Of a stretch of DNA of 64,000 nt, positions 24,891 to 36,524 are shown piece after piece. The notes beneath the pieces were generated by a model. The model made no database searches. It saw only the letters and a program-made list of their open reading frames with translations, and had not been told where the DNA came from. A program made the translations under genes and the position numbers. The stretch comes from Geosiphon pyriformis uo1 (taxonomy: Eukaryota; Fungi; Glomeromycota): positions 62,001-126,000 of the forward strand of contig JAAOMT010000786.1 in NCBI GenBank assembly GCA_016748015.1, in the 5' to 3' direction. Positions within the stretch are counted from its first letter, which is position 1, and the number at the start of each line of letters is the position of its first letter.

Positions 24891-26191
24891 GTTCAAACGC
24901 TTATGTATGATGCGCGTGTACCAAACAGTTAAAAACTACTCTTTCGTAGAGGTGTGAGGTCAGATGTGTGATTTAAACACAGTTTCGTTTAGGGTCGTAA
25001 AACCTAAAGATCCCTTCACTTTCTAAACGTGCTGGGCTGTGTGGAAGGGAAATTAAAAAATTAATCTGGACGCCTATATGGACTAGCCGGACTGAAGGCT
25101 CCTTCGATACTTTTTGAGTCCACTAAAGGGCTAGGACGGTTGGCAGGTATAAAATAGAACGGATGCTTCTTTTGCTTTCAAGTATGCTTGAGCAAAAACT
25201 GGGTAGACGGGGGGCCAAGAATTGCCGCCTTAGTTTTACATATTCTTTTCTGTGAATCCAAAAATTGTGCAACGTCGACAAGGTTGCACACAAATAGAAA
25301 TATATTTAACTTCGAGACCGAAAATCCCGATTGTGATGGTGGCAATTATTAGACATGGTGCCATTTGTGTCTTTGTATTTGAAGTTGTTTCACATAAAAT
25401 CAATCAATCAATCAATCAATCAGATGATGGAAGCTTGTTCAAAATTTTAATTCTAGAAGATTCCAAACATCAAAGACAATTCACTTGTCTTTAACCATTT
25501 TCATGCGGAAACCGTTCATGTGAATATGAAGGTGGGCAGGACCCACTTTCAAAAAGGAATAACATCAACCTTTCACAATATGTGAGCAAACGCTTTTTGT
25601 TCATTCAAACCATTTTATTTTAAATTAGATTTAAAAATAGGTTTACTGAAACCTTTATATTTTATTTTCATGGAGAATAAAGATTTCAAAAATAAAATCG
25701 ATTTTTTTATATAAGGTAAAAAAGCCAACACTCCCTCCCCTCCACCAATCACAGTGTGGTTTGAGAGGAAAAATTCCTTAAACGTTATTAGATGTTATGG
25801 AAATAGTAAATCAACGCGAAAATGGGAATATAAACAAAGATTTTTTCCGAATCATAATTTCATATAGAACAATAAGATCGAGATTTTCCACAGAATTTAT
25901 CAATAATGATAATTTATATTATTTATCGGCTGCAAATCATATCAGATATCGCAATTTAATTTTATGGCTCATAAAATTAAACTTTTTAACATTTAACAAT
26001 GTAAAAGACAAATATAAATTTATTGTACAAAAATCAATATAATAAATATAAAATAATCATTTGAAGACGGTTATGTAGATTTTCAAAGAAGTATCCGCTA
26101 TATTTAATCAAGAATAATACATATGCAGATTTTATGAATTACTTATTCTATAGGGTTGAAAGAGAATGTCCAAAATTTTTTAATTCGAAAT

Positions 26192-27834
26192 TTATGCAGG
26201 TGGATAAACTTGACCACCAAAATTTGATGAAGGATATTGCTGAGGAGCACCTTGAGCTGGTGGGGGATAAAAATTTTGTGGATAGGATTGTTGTTGCTGT
26301 GGGTTTGGGTAAAAATTGCTAGCAGTATTATTTGGCGGATATGCAAATTGATTATTTGGTGGATAACCAGCATTTGGATAAACATTTTCTGTTAGAGGAG
26401 GAGTGGGAACTGGAATTGGGAAAGATAATGGAACCACTCCGTTTGATATTGGTGGAGGTGGTGAACTATTGATATATTGAGGTGGAGGAAGAGTCGCAGA
26501 AATCGATAAAGGAGAAGATTGTATAGAAGGAGAAGTCACCGGTGGTGGATAAGGGGAAATACCATTAGAACCAACACCAGGAATGGGCGAATGATATCCT
26601 GTTGATATAGGTGGGTAAGGTGAAGTGGGTTGATGTTGCTGATTAAAAAAAAAGCAAAAAAAGACCGTTAATTTCTTTTTAAATAAAAAGAATGAAGAGT
26701 TCACGGAATATTTTATAACTTACTGGAAGAGGTCTATTTTGAGGTGTAGGAGAATAATAGAGTGTCCCAGAATTTGGTGAAGTGCTTGAAGGTGGGTAAG
26801 CTCCATTATTTGGCGGTGGATAAACGTTGTTTTGAGGCAGATAAACATTATTAGGAGGTTGATAAACAGAATTATTTCGAGGTGGATATCCAGAATTATT
26901 ATGTTGTTGATAGGTGGAAGCTGCCGGTACAGAATGAGGATAAGCAGGAGAATTGGTTGGATATGATGCAGCAGGCGCACCATTTTGTGGATAATTAATA
27001 GGAGGACGATAAGAAGCCGGTGATGATGTAGGCAAATTTTGTTTTATTGATGGTGACGTATTAATTGGGGGATGAGGAGTCACTGGTAAAGGCTTTAGTG
27101 GATGTCTGAGTTCTTGAGATTTTTCCCCAGGTGGCGCCACACCCTTTAAAAAGGAGAAATTAAAATAAATTCCAAAAAATATATATATTCTTGACTTACC
27201 GCTAAATAAAAAGTCATCTCAAGAAAAATTTCTCCTGCATCCTTATTACGAAATTTGAGAAGGAACCAATCTAGGGAAACAAAGAAAATTTTAAATTTAA
27301 ATGTTCAATATTCAATTTTCTTTTGAGAAAAACAACATATTAATCATACCATCCCATTCTCCCTTTTTTAAGACTTCATCCAATTCAACTACCGTCTCAC
27401 CAATTAAATCATGCTCTCTTTTATCCTCATTATAAACTTGAATCTTCATCTTTTTATTACTAGGCTCGTCTAAGAGTTGAAACCTAATTTCCTCATCCCA
27501 CTCTGGGTGTTGCCCCCCACGTTTATCTGTCCTGGTTCTTTTGGCATTGCTTCCGATTCGAATTGTAGCAAATGGGTCTGCCTTGCCAATAATCTCTCGG
27601 TTTGGCAAATTCCTCTAGGTAAAGCCGTTCAAACAAAAGGGATCTCAATTTAGTATTAATTTTTAAGATTAAATGATTTTTGTTTAAAGCAATATTCCAT
27701 ATGAGCTACGCCATTAAGCGATAAAGCACTGCCTAAGATTCTTAATCTTATTCTTGGGGAATATAACTTACCGCTTTTAGCACTACAATGACGAGTTGGC
27801 CAAGAATTTTAGGACCAGGTTTGGTTGAAGACAT
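26192..27834 (-). CDS. C2-domain protein with P/Y-rich C-terminal tail (Inn1/Fic1-like; 5 exons)
   Basis: LVIVVLKA|RNLPNRE...DPF, RTRTDKRGGQHPEWDEE and DLIGE, followed by a long PxxP/YPP tail. Confidence 0.85.
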
Positions 27835-28239
27835 TCCCAATAAACACTATATCAGAGTAGCTCACAAATGAACAATTTCTACTGAATCTGACAATATTTT
27901 AGGGGAAGTTTAAATAGAATAGAGTTGATCACAAGGGAGTATATCATTGTCGGTGTTATCCAATAAAGGTTAAACAAGAACTAGACATACAAAAAATTCA
28001 TGTTTAATTATAAGTTTTTATTTTAGCATTATTTTTTAGCTTTAAAACATTTTATTTTTTTTATTTTTTTATTTGTTTTATTAATGTATATAATGGAATT
28101 TTTTATTTAATGAGGCAAATATAAACTGTATTTAAATAGCACAGTTGGCATAAAAAAAATATATAAACTTTATTATTTTTAATTTCAAATAGTTTAGTAT
28201 TTCAACATTTTGTAAAAATTTTATTAAATAATTTTTTTT

Positions 28240-28290
28240 TTATTACGATTTAACGAGTGCAGCCCAACCACTACCTAAGTACATAAGATC
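28240..28290 (-). mobile_element. Extreme 3' tip of a LINE-family element (heavily 5'-truncated)
   Basis: TTTAACGAGTGCAGCCCAACCACTACCTA resembles the 3' terminus at 28415-28445 and sits next to a T-run. Confidence 0.5.
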
Positions 28291-28392
28291 ATTAAATATT
28301 AATTGCAAAAAATAAGTTAATTATAATAAATTTATTTAAATAAATTATAAATTATAAAAATAAAATTTTTATTTGTGTTATTATTAACTTTT

Positions 28393-30678
28393 TTTTTTTT
28401 TTATTATTATTATATTTTAACGAGCGAGACCCAAATACCACCTAAACTATGATACCACAGAAGAGATTACATTATAGGCGTAAATCATGGGTTTTCTACA
28501 TGTGATCAGACACTCGGCCCAATCAAGGACTCACTACGCTGAATCAAAAGTAGGTGGAAATAATTCCAACTCATGAATTCTCTCAATGATACCATTCAGA
28601 TTCCTAGAGTCAAAAATAAACTTACTAAGAAACAATCTAGTAGACTCAATATTGCCTCTGGTTTCAGCACCAGACATACGCCACAAAGCAATAACATGCT
28701 CAATAGTGTCCTCACTTAAAAAGGAAGGCTTAGCAGCCAGCATACCATCATAATCCATATCACCAAAGTCAACCTCAGATCTAAGACAAGCAATGTCCTT
28801 GGAGACCCCAACCAAGAGATTAGAAAAATTGTTAGCAGCACTCTTCATAGAGATGAGATCTTTTTCGACCTGAACAGCCTTAGCAGCATTATTATCAAGA
28901 AGATGAGACACCAAAGCAACCAAAGAACCAACAGGCTCAACAATAGACTTAACCAGAGCAGCCAAATCCGAAATCTGCTTTTCCAAAGAGTCCAATCTAG
29001 AACCAACAGCAGGATCAACAACAGAAGCAGCCAAAGAAGCCATCAAAGAAGGAAACTCAGAAAGACCAGAAGGAGCAGCAGTCTTGGCATATGAAGCAGA
29101 ACCCACAAAACGAGACCTGAAAACCTTGGGAACCTTGGGAGTGGGGGGTGAGGAAATCTTGCAATCTATGGCCAGATGGCCCATTTCTTGACACCTAAAG
29201 CAGCGCCAGCAGCCAGGAGTTTCCCACCAGATACGGCATTTCCTTAGAGTACCAGTCTTGACTACAGCAGAATTCAAATCGCTTTGAGAGTCAAATGTAA
29301 CCAAAGCGAACTGGAAATGACGACCAGAATCAGGAGAACGAGGAATGAAACATGTACGACCACCAATCTGAGAAATCATATCACTGATTTCAAAGACAGT
29401 ACAACCAGGGGGAAGGTTGACCAATTTGGCCTTAAACTTATCACAAGACAAAATAGTCTCATTTTGATTTACCAGAGGGAGGATTCTAACACTATCCTTA
29501 CCCACCAAGATTGACCAATGCTTCAAGGCAGACACAGCAGAGTCCAACTTTTCAAAATAAACCACCACATACTGCCAAATGCCAGCAGGCTTCAGCACAA
29601 CACAAGCAATACTACCAAACACACTGAGAGCCAACTTAATGTCAGCAGCAGACACACCCAAAGATACATTACGCAGCACAACAGCAGCAGAAGAAGAACC
29701 AAATTCAGAAACCACCAAAGACTTGGCAATTTTGAGGGTGGCCAAACAAACAGAGCTTGTGAGCTCAACCAGAAACGCAGCTTCTAAAGACTGTTGAGAA
29801 GCAAACTCTACACAGAAAAGCTTCACATTGTCTTTTGAAACAGATTTGGCACCCAAAAAACCATGTACAGACTGAAAAACAGTCTTAACATGAGCCAATT
29901 TGGTCTTGAAAGTAGCATCAGGCACCAGAGTGGAGGCCACCCACCCAGTAAACCTTTGACGACTAGTAATAGTTTCCCAAGCACCACCAGAAGTAGCACC
30001 AGAAACTAAAGGAGGAGATGAATCAGTTTCCATTTGATCAGCCCAGTTTCCAAGAACAGGTGACCCAACAGAAGAAGATTGTTTTGCTTCTAAAACCAGC
30101 AATAATCTGCCGGAAGACACCACATTTGGCAACACAGCCAGTGGTTGATCTTGGCCCATCTTGGATGACGTTGCCGGATGATGCTATGGAGATCTCATTG
30201 GGAACCATAAAGGGGTTCGGTGTAACAATAGCAGAGGCAAATGACTGCCCTCACTTTTCTGAACTTCTGGTCTTTTTGACCATTTTTTTTGAAGAGGTGT
30301 TGCTAAAAGCACCAGGTGTTGAATCTATAGAGGGGAAGACCAGCTTATTCACTGGTCTATTATTAAAAACTTTTGGGCTCTTGGTTGGGGTGGAGGCAAC
30401 ACTGGAACTAACCCAGGTGTGTCTCTTTGAGGGAACTTTGACTGGTGAGAAACCAGCCAAAGATGAAGAAGTTGCTTTAGTGGCTACTAAAGGCAGCTTT
30501 TCACAATTACTGAGTAAGGAGAAGGCTTCTAAAACATTTTGCCTAGTTGCTTCTACAACAGAAAGAGCTCCTCTGGTTGCAATTTTATTAGATATCTTAG
30601 GACAGATATCAGGTGCAGCCTTTTTACTCTTAGCTCTGGTCGTGGTCATAAAATTAAGGAGACAAAGAGTCTTACAAA
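28393..30678 (-). mobile_element. ORF1-only non-LTR retroposon (HAL1-like), copy A
   Basis: Short 5' UTR ACTCTTTGTCTCC, single ORF1, ~120-bp 3' UTR and (AAT)n/A tail. Imperfect TSD TTATT(C)ATTAACTTTT at 28378-28392 and 30679-30694. Confidence 0.85.
28534..30649 (-). pseudogene. LINE ORF1 (S/T/K-rich N-terminus, RRM-like domains, CCHC knuckle, coiled coil)
   Basis: LFCVEFASQQSLEAA, YVVVYFEKLDSA, AKLVNLPPG...FALVTFDS, CFRCQEMGHLAIDC and RLDSLEKQISDLAAL. One W>stop and one frameshift. Confidence 0.85.
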
Positions 30679-31009
30679 TTATTCATTAACTTTTATTTTT
30701 ATATTTTGTTGGATTTTTTAATTTTATTAAAATGCTTAATAATTTATAAATTTATATTATTTATAATAAAAATATTTTTTTTAAAACCAAATTATTAAAA
30801 GTTATAAAAAACTAAATACTGCTTTACAAAAACACTTCTTTTAAATAAAAAAATTGAACAGTTTTAATAGCTAAAAAACACTATTTTTGTTTTTGGTTGA
30901 AAGTTTTTTTTTAAATTTTTTTTAAAACAGCTTATTAAGAGTAATTTTAATTCATAAAAAACCAAAAGTTTTAATAAATTATAATTAAAAAAAATAATTA
31001 TTATTTTGT

Positions 31010-33025
31010 TTTTAATTATTATTATTTTTTTATTAAGTTTAATGAATATGGCTTAACTACTATCTAGTACTTTGAAACAAATTAAGTATTCTAAACTAAG
31101 TATAATTCATGTATTTTCTACATATAATTAGCTATTTAAGCCAATTTAAACTATGTTATATTGTTATAATAGAAGTAAACTTACCCAAAACTAATATTTT
31201 TTGAACTAGATTAAATAATTTAACATTACAAAAGATCAATCCAACCACTTATTTAGCTGTTTTTAAAAAATCAGTTTTAATACTATTAGATTTATGTGTT
31301 TAAAAAGATATTAAATTAGAAAATATATTATCATTAATGTCAACTAAAAGATTTAAATTACCAAACATGTCAATCTTATCTATATAGCACTTTTTTTTAA
31401 CAAAATTACTTCTTTTCTCAACTTACTAACAACTTTGCTAAAAAAATTCAGATGAATTATAAGTTTATTAATTTTAAAACTAAGAATACTATTCAAAACC
31501 AGATTATTTTTAATAAACTGTTTAAACATAGTAATCAAAAAACTGACAGACTTAACAATTAACCCAACCAATACAAAAAGTTTAATTAAATTAGATTTCA
31601 AAAAAGACAACCAAAATAGCACTAAAAAATTATTAACAATAGCAAAAAAAAAGACAAAAGTTGTCAGAAATGAAAACTCAAAAAAGCTTAAAGAAACAGA
31701 AGCTTTAACATAAGACTTAAAGCTTATAAAATATGATATAAACATCTTAAAAGCCTTGAAAAAAGAAAATAAAAACATTTTATAATTTACAGCCAAATAA
31801 TCTACTTTTTAACACCTAAAACAATATCAACAGCCAGAGATTTTTTATTAAATGTAATATTTTTTAGTATATTAATTTTGTTTACAGCAATATTTAAATC
31901 CACTTGAGATCCAAATGTAATCAGAGCAAATTGGAAACAATGACCAGAATTAGAAGAGTGAAAAATAAAGCATGTCTGATTACCAACTTGAAAAATTATA
32001 TCACTAATTTTAAAGACAGTACAACCAGAAGAAAGATTAATTAACTTGGTCTTAAACCTATTATAAAATATAATAATCTTATTTTAATTTACTTAAAAAA
32101 GGATTTTAATACTATTTTTATTCATTAAAACTGACTAATAATTTAAAGTAGATACAATAAAGTTCAGTTTCTTAAAATAAACAATTACATATTGCTAAAT
32201 ACCAGCAGACTTTAAAACCATATAAACAACTTTACCAAACACATTAAAAGCTGTTTAATATTAGCAGCAAACATATTCAGAAGCATATCATGCAGTACAA
32301 TAACAGCAAAAAAAAACCAAACTTAGAAATCACCAAAAACTTGTAATTTTAAGAATGATTAAATGAATAAAACTTGCAAGTTCAACCAAAAAAACAGCTT
32401 TTAAAAACTTTTAAAAAGCAAACTTCATGTAAAAAAGCTTTATATTGTCTTTTAATACTAATTTAATATTCAAAAAACCATATACAGACTGAAAAACAGT
32501 CTTAAAATAGGCCAATTTGATTTTAAAAGTAGCATTAAGCACTAGAATAGAAGTTATTTATTCAATAAACCTTTGATAACTAAAAATAGTTTTTTAAGTA
32601 TTATCAATAACAGTACTAAAAACTAGCAAAAAAGATAATTTAGTTTCTATTTGGTCAGCCCAGTTTTTAAAAACAGATAACTCTATAAAAAATAGTTGTT
32701 TTGCTTCTAAAACTAGTAATAATCTGCTAGAAAACACCATATTTAACAATACAGTCAGTAATTGATCTTGGCCTATTTTAAACAATATGCTGGATAATAC
32801 AACAGAGATTTCATCTAAGATTTTATTAAAAATTACAAAAAAATTTGATGTAATAATAGCAAAAACAAATAACTGTCTTTACTTTTTTAAAGAAATAATA
32901 TTAGTATTATTAAATATAAAAACTATAAAAAGAAAAACCAGTTTGTTAACTGGTCTGTTATTAAAAACTTTTGGGCTTTTAGTTGAAATAAAAACAACAC
33001 TAGAATTAACTTAAGTATGTCTTTC
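31010..33025 (-). mobile_element. Older, divergent ORF1-only element (5'-truncated)
   Basis: 31780-33025 is homologous to copy A ORF1. It has a different ORF1 C-terminus but the same 3' UTR motif at 31040-31150 and no ORF2. Confidence 0.75.
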
Positions 33026-33029
33026 TTTA

Positions 33030-35730
33030 ATGCATTTTTTGCAAAGATTAAAAATCAATCTAGTTAACAATTTTTTTGTTAGTGTTGTAAAAAATTTCTT
33101 GGATTATGATATGTCTCTTAATAACAATTTCTTTTCTATATTTTAGTTTTCAGGAAACATTCTAATGTTTTTTGTTTTAGAAAATTTTATGTTCTATAAT
33201 GTTTCTAAATTGTTTAAAAGATTTGGTATTGTTTTGTTGAACAATTATATAATAAAAAAGAATTAAATTTTGATTAAAAAAGCTTTTATTGTTGAAAAAA
33301 GCTTTAATTATAAGAATTCAATTCCTGTGTGGTTCAAATTAGTATGTAAATATTTGGTTAACTTTTTTTGTTGTCTTGTTGTGTAGTTTTTTACTAACAG
33401 TTCTTGGCTTTCAAGTATTTTCAGTTTTGGCAGTTTTTCTATAGTGTAACAATATCTTTCTAATGTTAATTTGGATGTTATTAATGTTCATATGGATGAA
33501 TTGCTTAAAAATTTGAAAATACATGAGATAAAGTGTGATGTGGCCATATTTTTATTAACTTAAATTTAGATATTAATGTAAAAGTTGGTAGTTTGATTTC
33601 TTTTACAATGCCTAAATTACAGATTATTGCTTTAGCTTTGGTATATGCTCTAGTTGATAATAATATTATAGTATATTCAGATAGCCAGACTGCTTTGAGT
33701 GTATATGCTGCTCAATTAAGATTGGTTCTGTCAAATTTTCACAATTAATATTAGATGAAAAGATATAGTGTAGTAAACTTTATTAAAGATAAGAAACTTA
33801 ATGTATTTTGGTCTAAGGTCAGAAGCCATTTAGGTGTTTCCAATAATAAGCATGCTAATAAGCTGGCTAATTTAGCTTTATGTTTAAATTTGGTGCTTTT
33901 TGTTTTTGTTAGAAAGAGTTATATTAAGATTGATAAAGTGAAAGTGTTTAGAAATATTTATTATTTTACTTGCAGTGTTTTTAGAGCTATTTATCAAGCT
34001 TGCTAGAAAATTAGACCTAAGTCTAATATTATTAGTACAAATATGATTGAAGATGTGAATTGGAATTGAATTTTATCAGTTTGGCACCCTAATTTATATA
34101 TAATATCTGGTTTTACAAGTAAATTTACTGCTAATCTGCACTCATATTTCATAAAGACTTTGTATTATTGTTTACTAGTTGCTGTTAAAAAACACTTGTA
34201 TAATTAAGCTTATCTTAGTATGTTGTATCTTTATTATAGAAAAATAGAACTTCTTGATCATTCATTTACATGTATAATAAATTTTGCTGTTTATAAAGAC
34301 TCAATTGATTCATATTTAATTTGGTGGGCTTTTATATTAGAATTAAGTTTATTGTTATTTTATGTTATTTAGTTGCTTTTTATATGTGCTTTTGATCATA
34401 AAATGTATATGTCTTTGTATAAAAGTTTTGTTTTTAGAGATTAGTATTTAGAAGCTTTGTTTATTTTTGGTTGTACTAAGATTGCTAGCAAATTTATTAT
34501 TAACTTGATAAAAAACTTGGAAGTAATTCATTAAATAGAAGTGTAAATAGTAAAAGCTAGGTTTAAAGTAATTATGAAAAAAATAAATTTAATTGCAAAT
34601 AATGATTTATTGTCTCCAGAAGCCCATGAATTTTCGTTATTGCTTTCTAATAATATTATTAAATTACTTAGTATTGTTGAAATACTGTTACAAGTGATTA
34701 TTTGAGATGTTAATACAAATAACAAACCCATAACTTAGTATTTAATAGCTTGTTAATGTTGGTAATTTCTGAAGTTTTTCATGATTTGAAGATTTTTGGT
34801 TAAGTTTTTTGTATAATAAACAGAGATTTAATGATTGTTTCAATACCCTTCTAAAAGCTTATTCCATGAATTTTTTTCTTAGCTTGATGGCCAGTTTTTT
34901 TTGATAAGCTATTTTCAAATTCTGAGTTTTTACTCTTGTTTTTAGATCTTTTACTAATACTTTTTGATGTTAATAATTTCACATATTAATTTTTTAATTA
35001 ATTAATAAAACAACAAAGTAAAACAAAAATAAAAATAAAAAAAATAAAAAAAATTAAGAAATTAATATTCTGTTAATAGTCATAATTAAGAGCTATTGGT
35101 CTAATATGATTTCAAGTATTAGATTTTATTAACATAAAGTGCTGATAGAATAAAAGTAATGAATTTTTTTAATCAAGCAATAATAATATAGATTCAAATA
35201 ATAATTGATATTTTATTAATATGTGATTTAATTCCACTTCAAGTTGTAAAAAACTATCTTTTGAAGAGTGAAATATTAGATAGTTAATTAATTTTAAACT
35301 AAATTTTGTCTTTTTTGCTTTTAATATTCTTACTATATATACATAATTAATATTATACAAGATTTTTTGGATTTCTTTAATTCTTCTAACCAGAAATTCT
35401 GAAATTCTGCAATTTTTTAAAAAAAAGTTTGAAATTTCTCTTTTACTATACTTAATTCTAATTGGCTATTTTATCTTCTTATTAAAAATTTTTAAATTTC
35501 TATAAGTAATAGTGTATAGTATTAGTTTTGGTTTTTATAAGTTTTGCAGTTTTTTTCTGGTATTGATTGTACAATATCTGTTGAAATAATTCTATAGTGT
35601 TGTTTTAATTAGCCTAAATAACTGATCATGTATAGAAAATACATGATTTATACTTAGTTTAAATCACTTAATTTGATGTATTATGCTAGATAATATTTGG
35701 GTCTCACTTATTAAATGATAATAATAATAA
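33030..35730 (+). mobile_element. LINE ORF2 3' fragment (RNase H, zinc finger, 3' UTR, AAT tail), split by a solo LTR
   Basis: VHMDELL (from YTDGSL), YSDSQTAL and KVRSHLGVSNNKHAN. Coding resumes at 35512 and the 3' UTR is at 35600-35730. Confidence 0.8.
34686..35511 (-). mobile_element. Solo LTR, family A
   Basis: TGTTAC...GTAATA termini. Flanks ATAC and GTGT reconcile to a GTGC TSD by transitions only. Confidence 0.85.
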
Positions 35731-36524
35731 TTAAATTACTTAAAAAGTTTAATAATAATTATTTTAAGTTTTAAGATTTTATAAATTAGATTTGATTTAA
35801 TAAAAAAAACAATTCTATATTATAATTAAAAAAATAATTATTAAAAATAAACATGTTAAGTATTTTTTTGTTAAGATTATGTAATAATCTCGAAAAATCA
35901 GTTAATAAATTATTATAAACAAAAAAAAGTTGTAAAAAATAACAAAAAAAATAAATCCAAAAAATTCAATTTGTTTTTTATTAAATTAATTTTCCACAAA
36001 AAAGACAATTTAAAAGAAAATTTTCTTCAAAAAAACATTTTTAAGCAAATTTTTTTTAAATTAACACAAAATAAAACTTTAAATATTTATTATAACAATA
36101 ATTTTTTTTAACTTTTTTAAATATGTTATTTCTAATTTTTTTAAAAAGTTTTTATTATAATAAATTGTTTTTAGTTTTGAACAATTATTTATTTCCAATT
36201 TTTTTAAATATTAAAACCAACAAATAAATTTTTAAATTAAATTTTAAACAATTCTTAATTATTAATTTTTTCAATTTTAAATTATTAATATTAATAAAAC
36301 TAAGTTTAAAAAAAGTTTAAATTATTAATTTATTTATTATTTAATTATAATTAATATTAATTAAAATTAATAAACTCTATTTTTATAAAAAAAATATTAT
36401 TATTTATATATATTTGTATTTTAATTAAAAGATAAAAGTTAATATAATATTTATTTAAAAAATTAAACTTTTTAAATAAAAATAACAAGAAAAAATAACA
36501 AATAACAAATAATAAAGTATATTA

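Noticed and set aside
25399-25421. (ATCA)n microsatellite upstream of the RRM gene
   Set aside because: Short simple repeat with no evidence of function.
30018-30689. 223-aa antisense ORF over the ORF1 N-terminus, also open at 60450-60965, with a TM-like end
   Set aside because: Probably a shadow frame: the sense region has almost no Tyr/His/Gln codons to create antisense stops, and Lys codons read as hydrophobic residues. It has no stop inside the element.
31010-35730. Single LINE with a twin-priming inversion (ORF1 minus joined to ORF2 plus)
   Set aside because: Both halves have their own 3' UTR and tail pointing outward, so these are two elements joined head-to-head.
35730-36520. Extreme AT-rich tracts (also 9845-10560, 27990-28390, 30690-31010) as centromere, origin or organellar DNA
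   Set aside because: No periodicity or gene remnants are readable. They are most simply end-stage mutated repeats and cannot be assigned from sequence alone.
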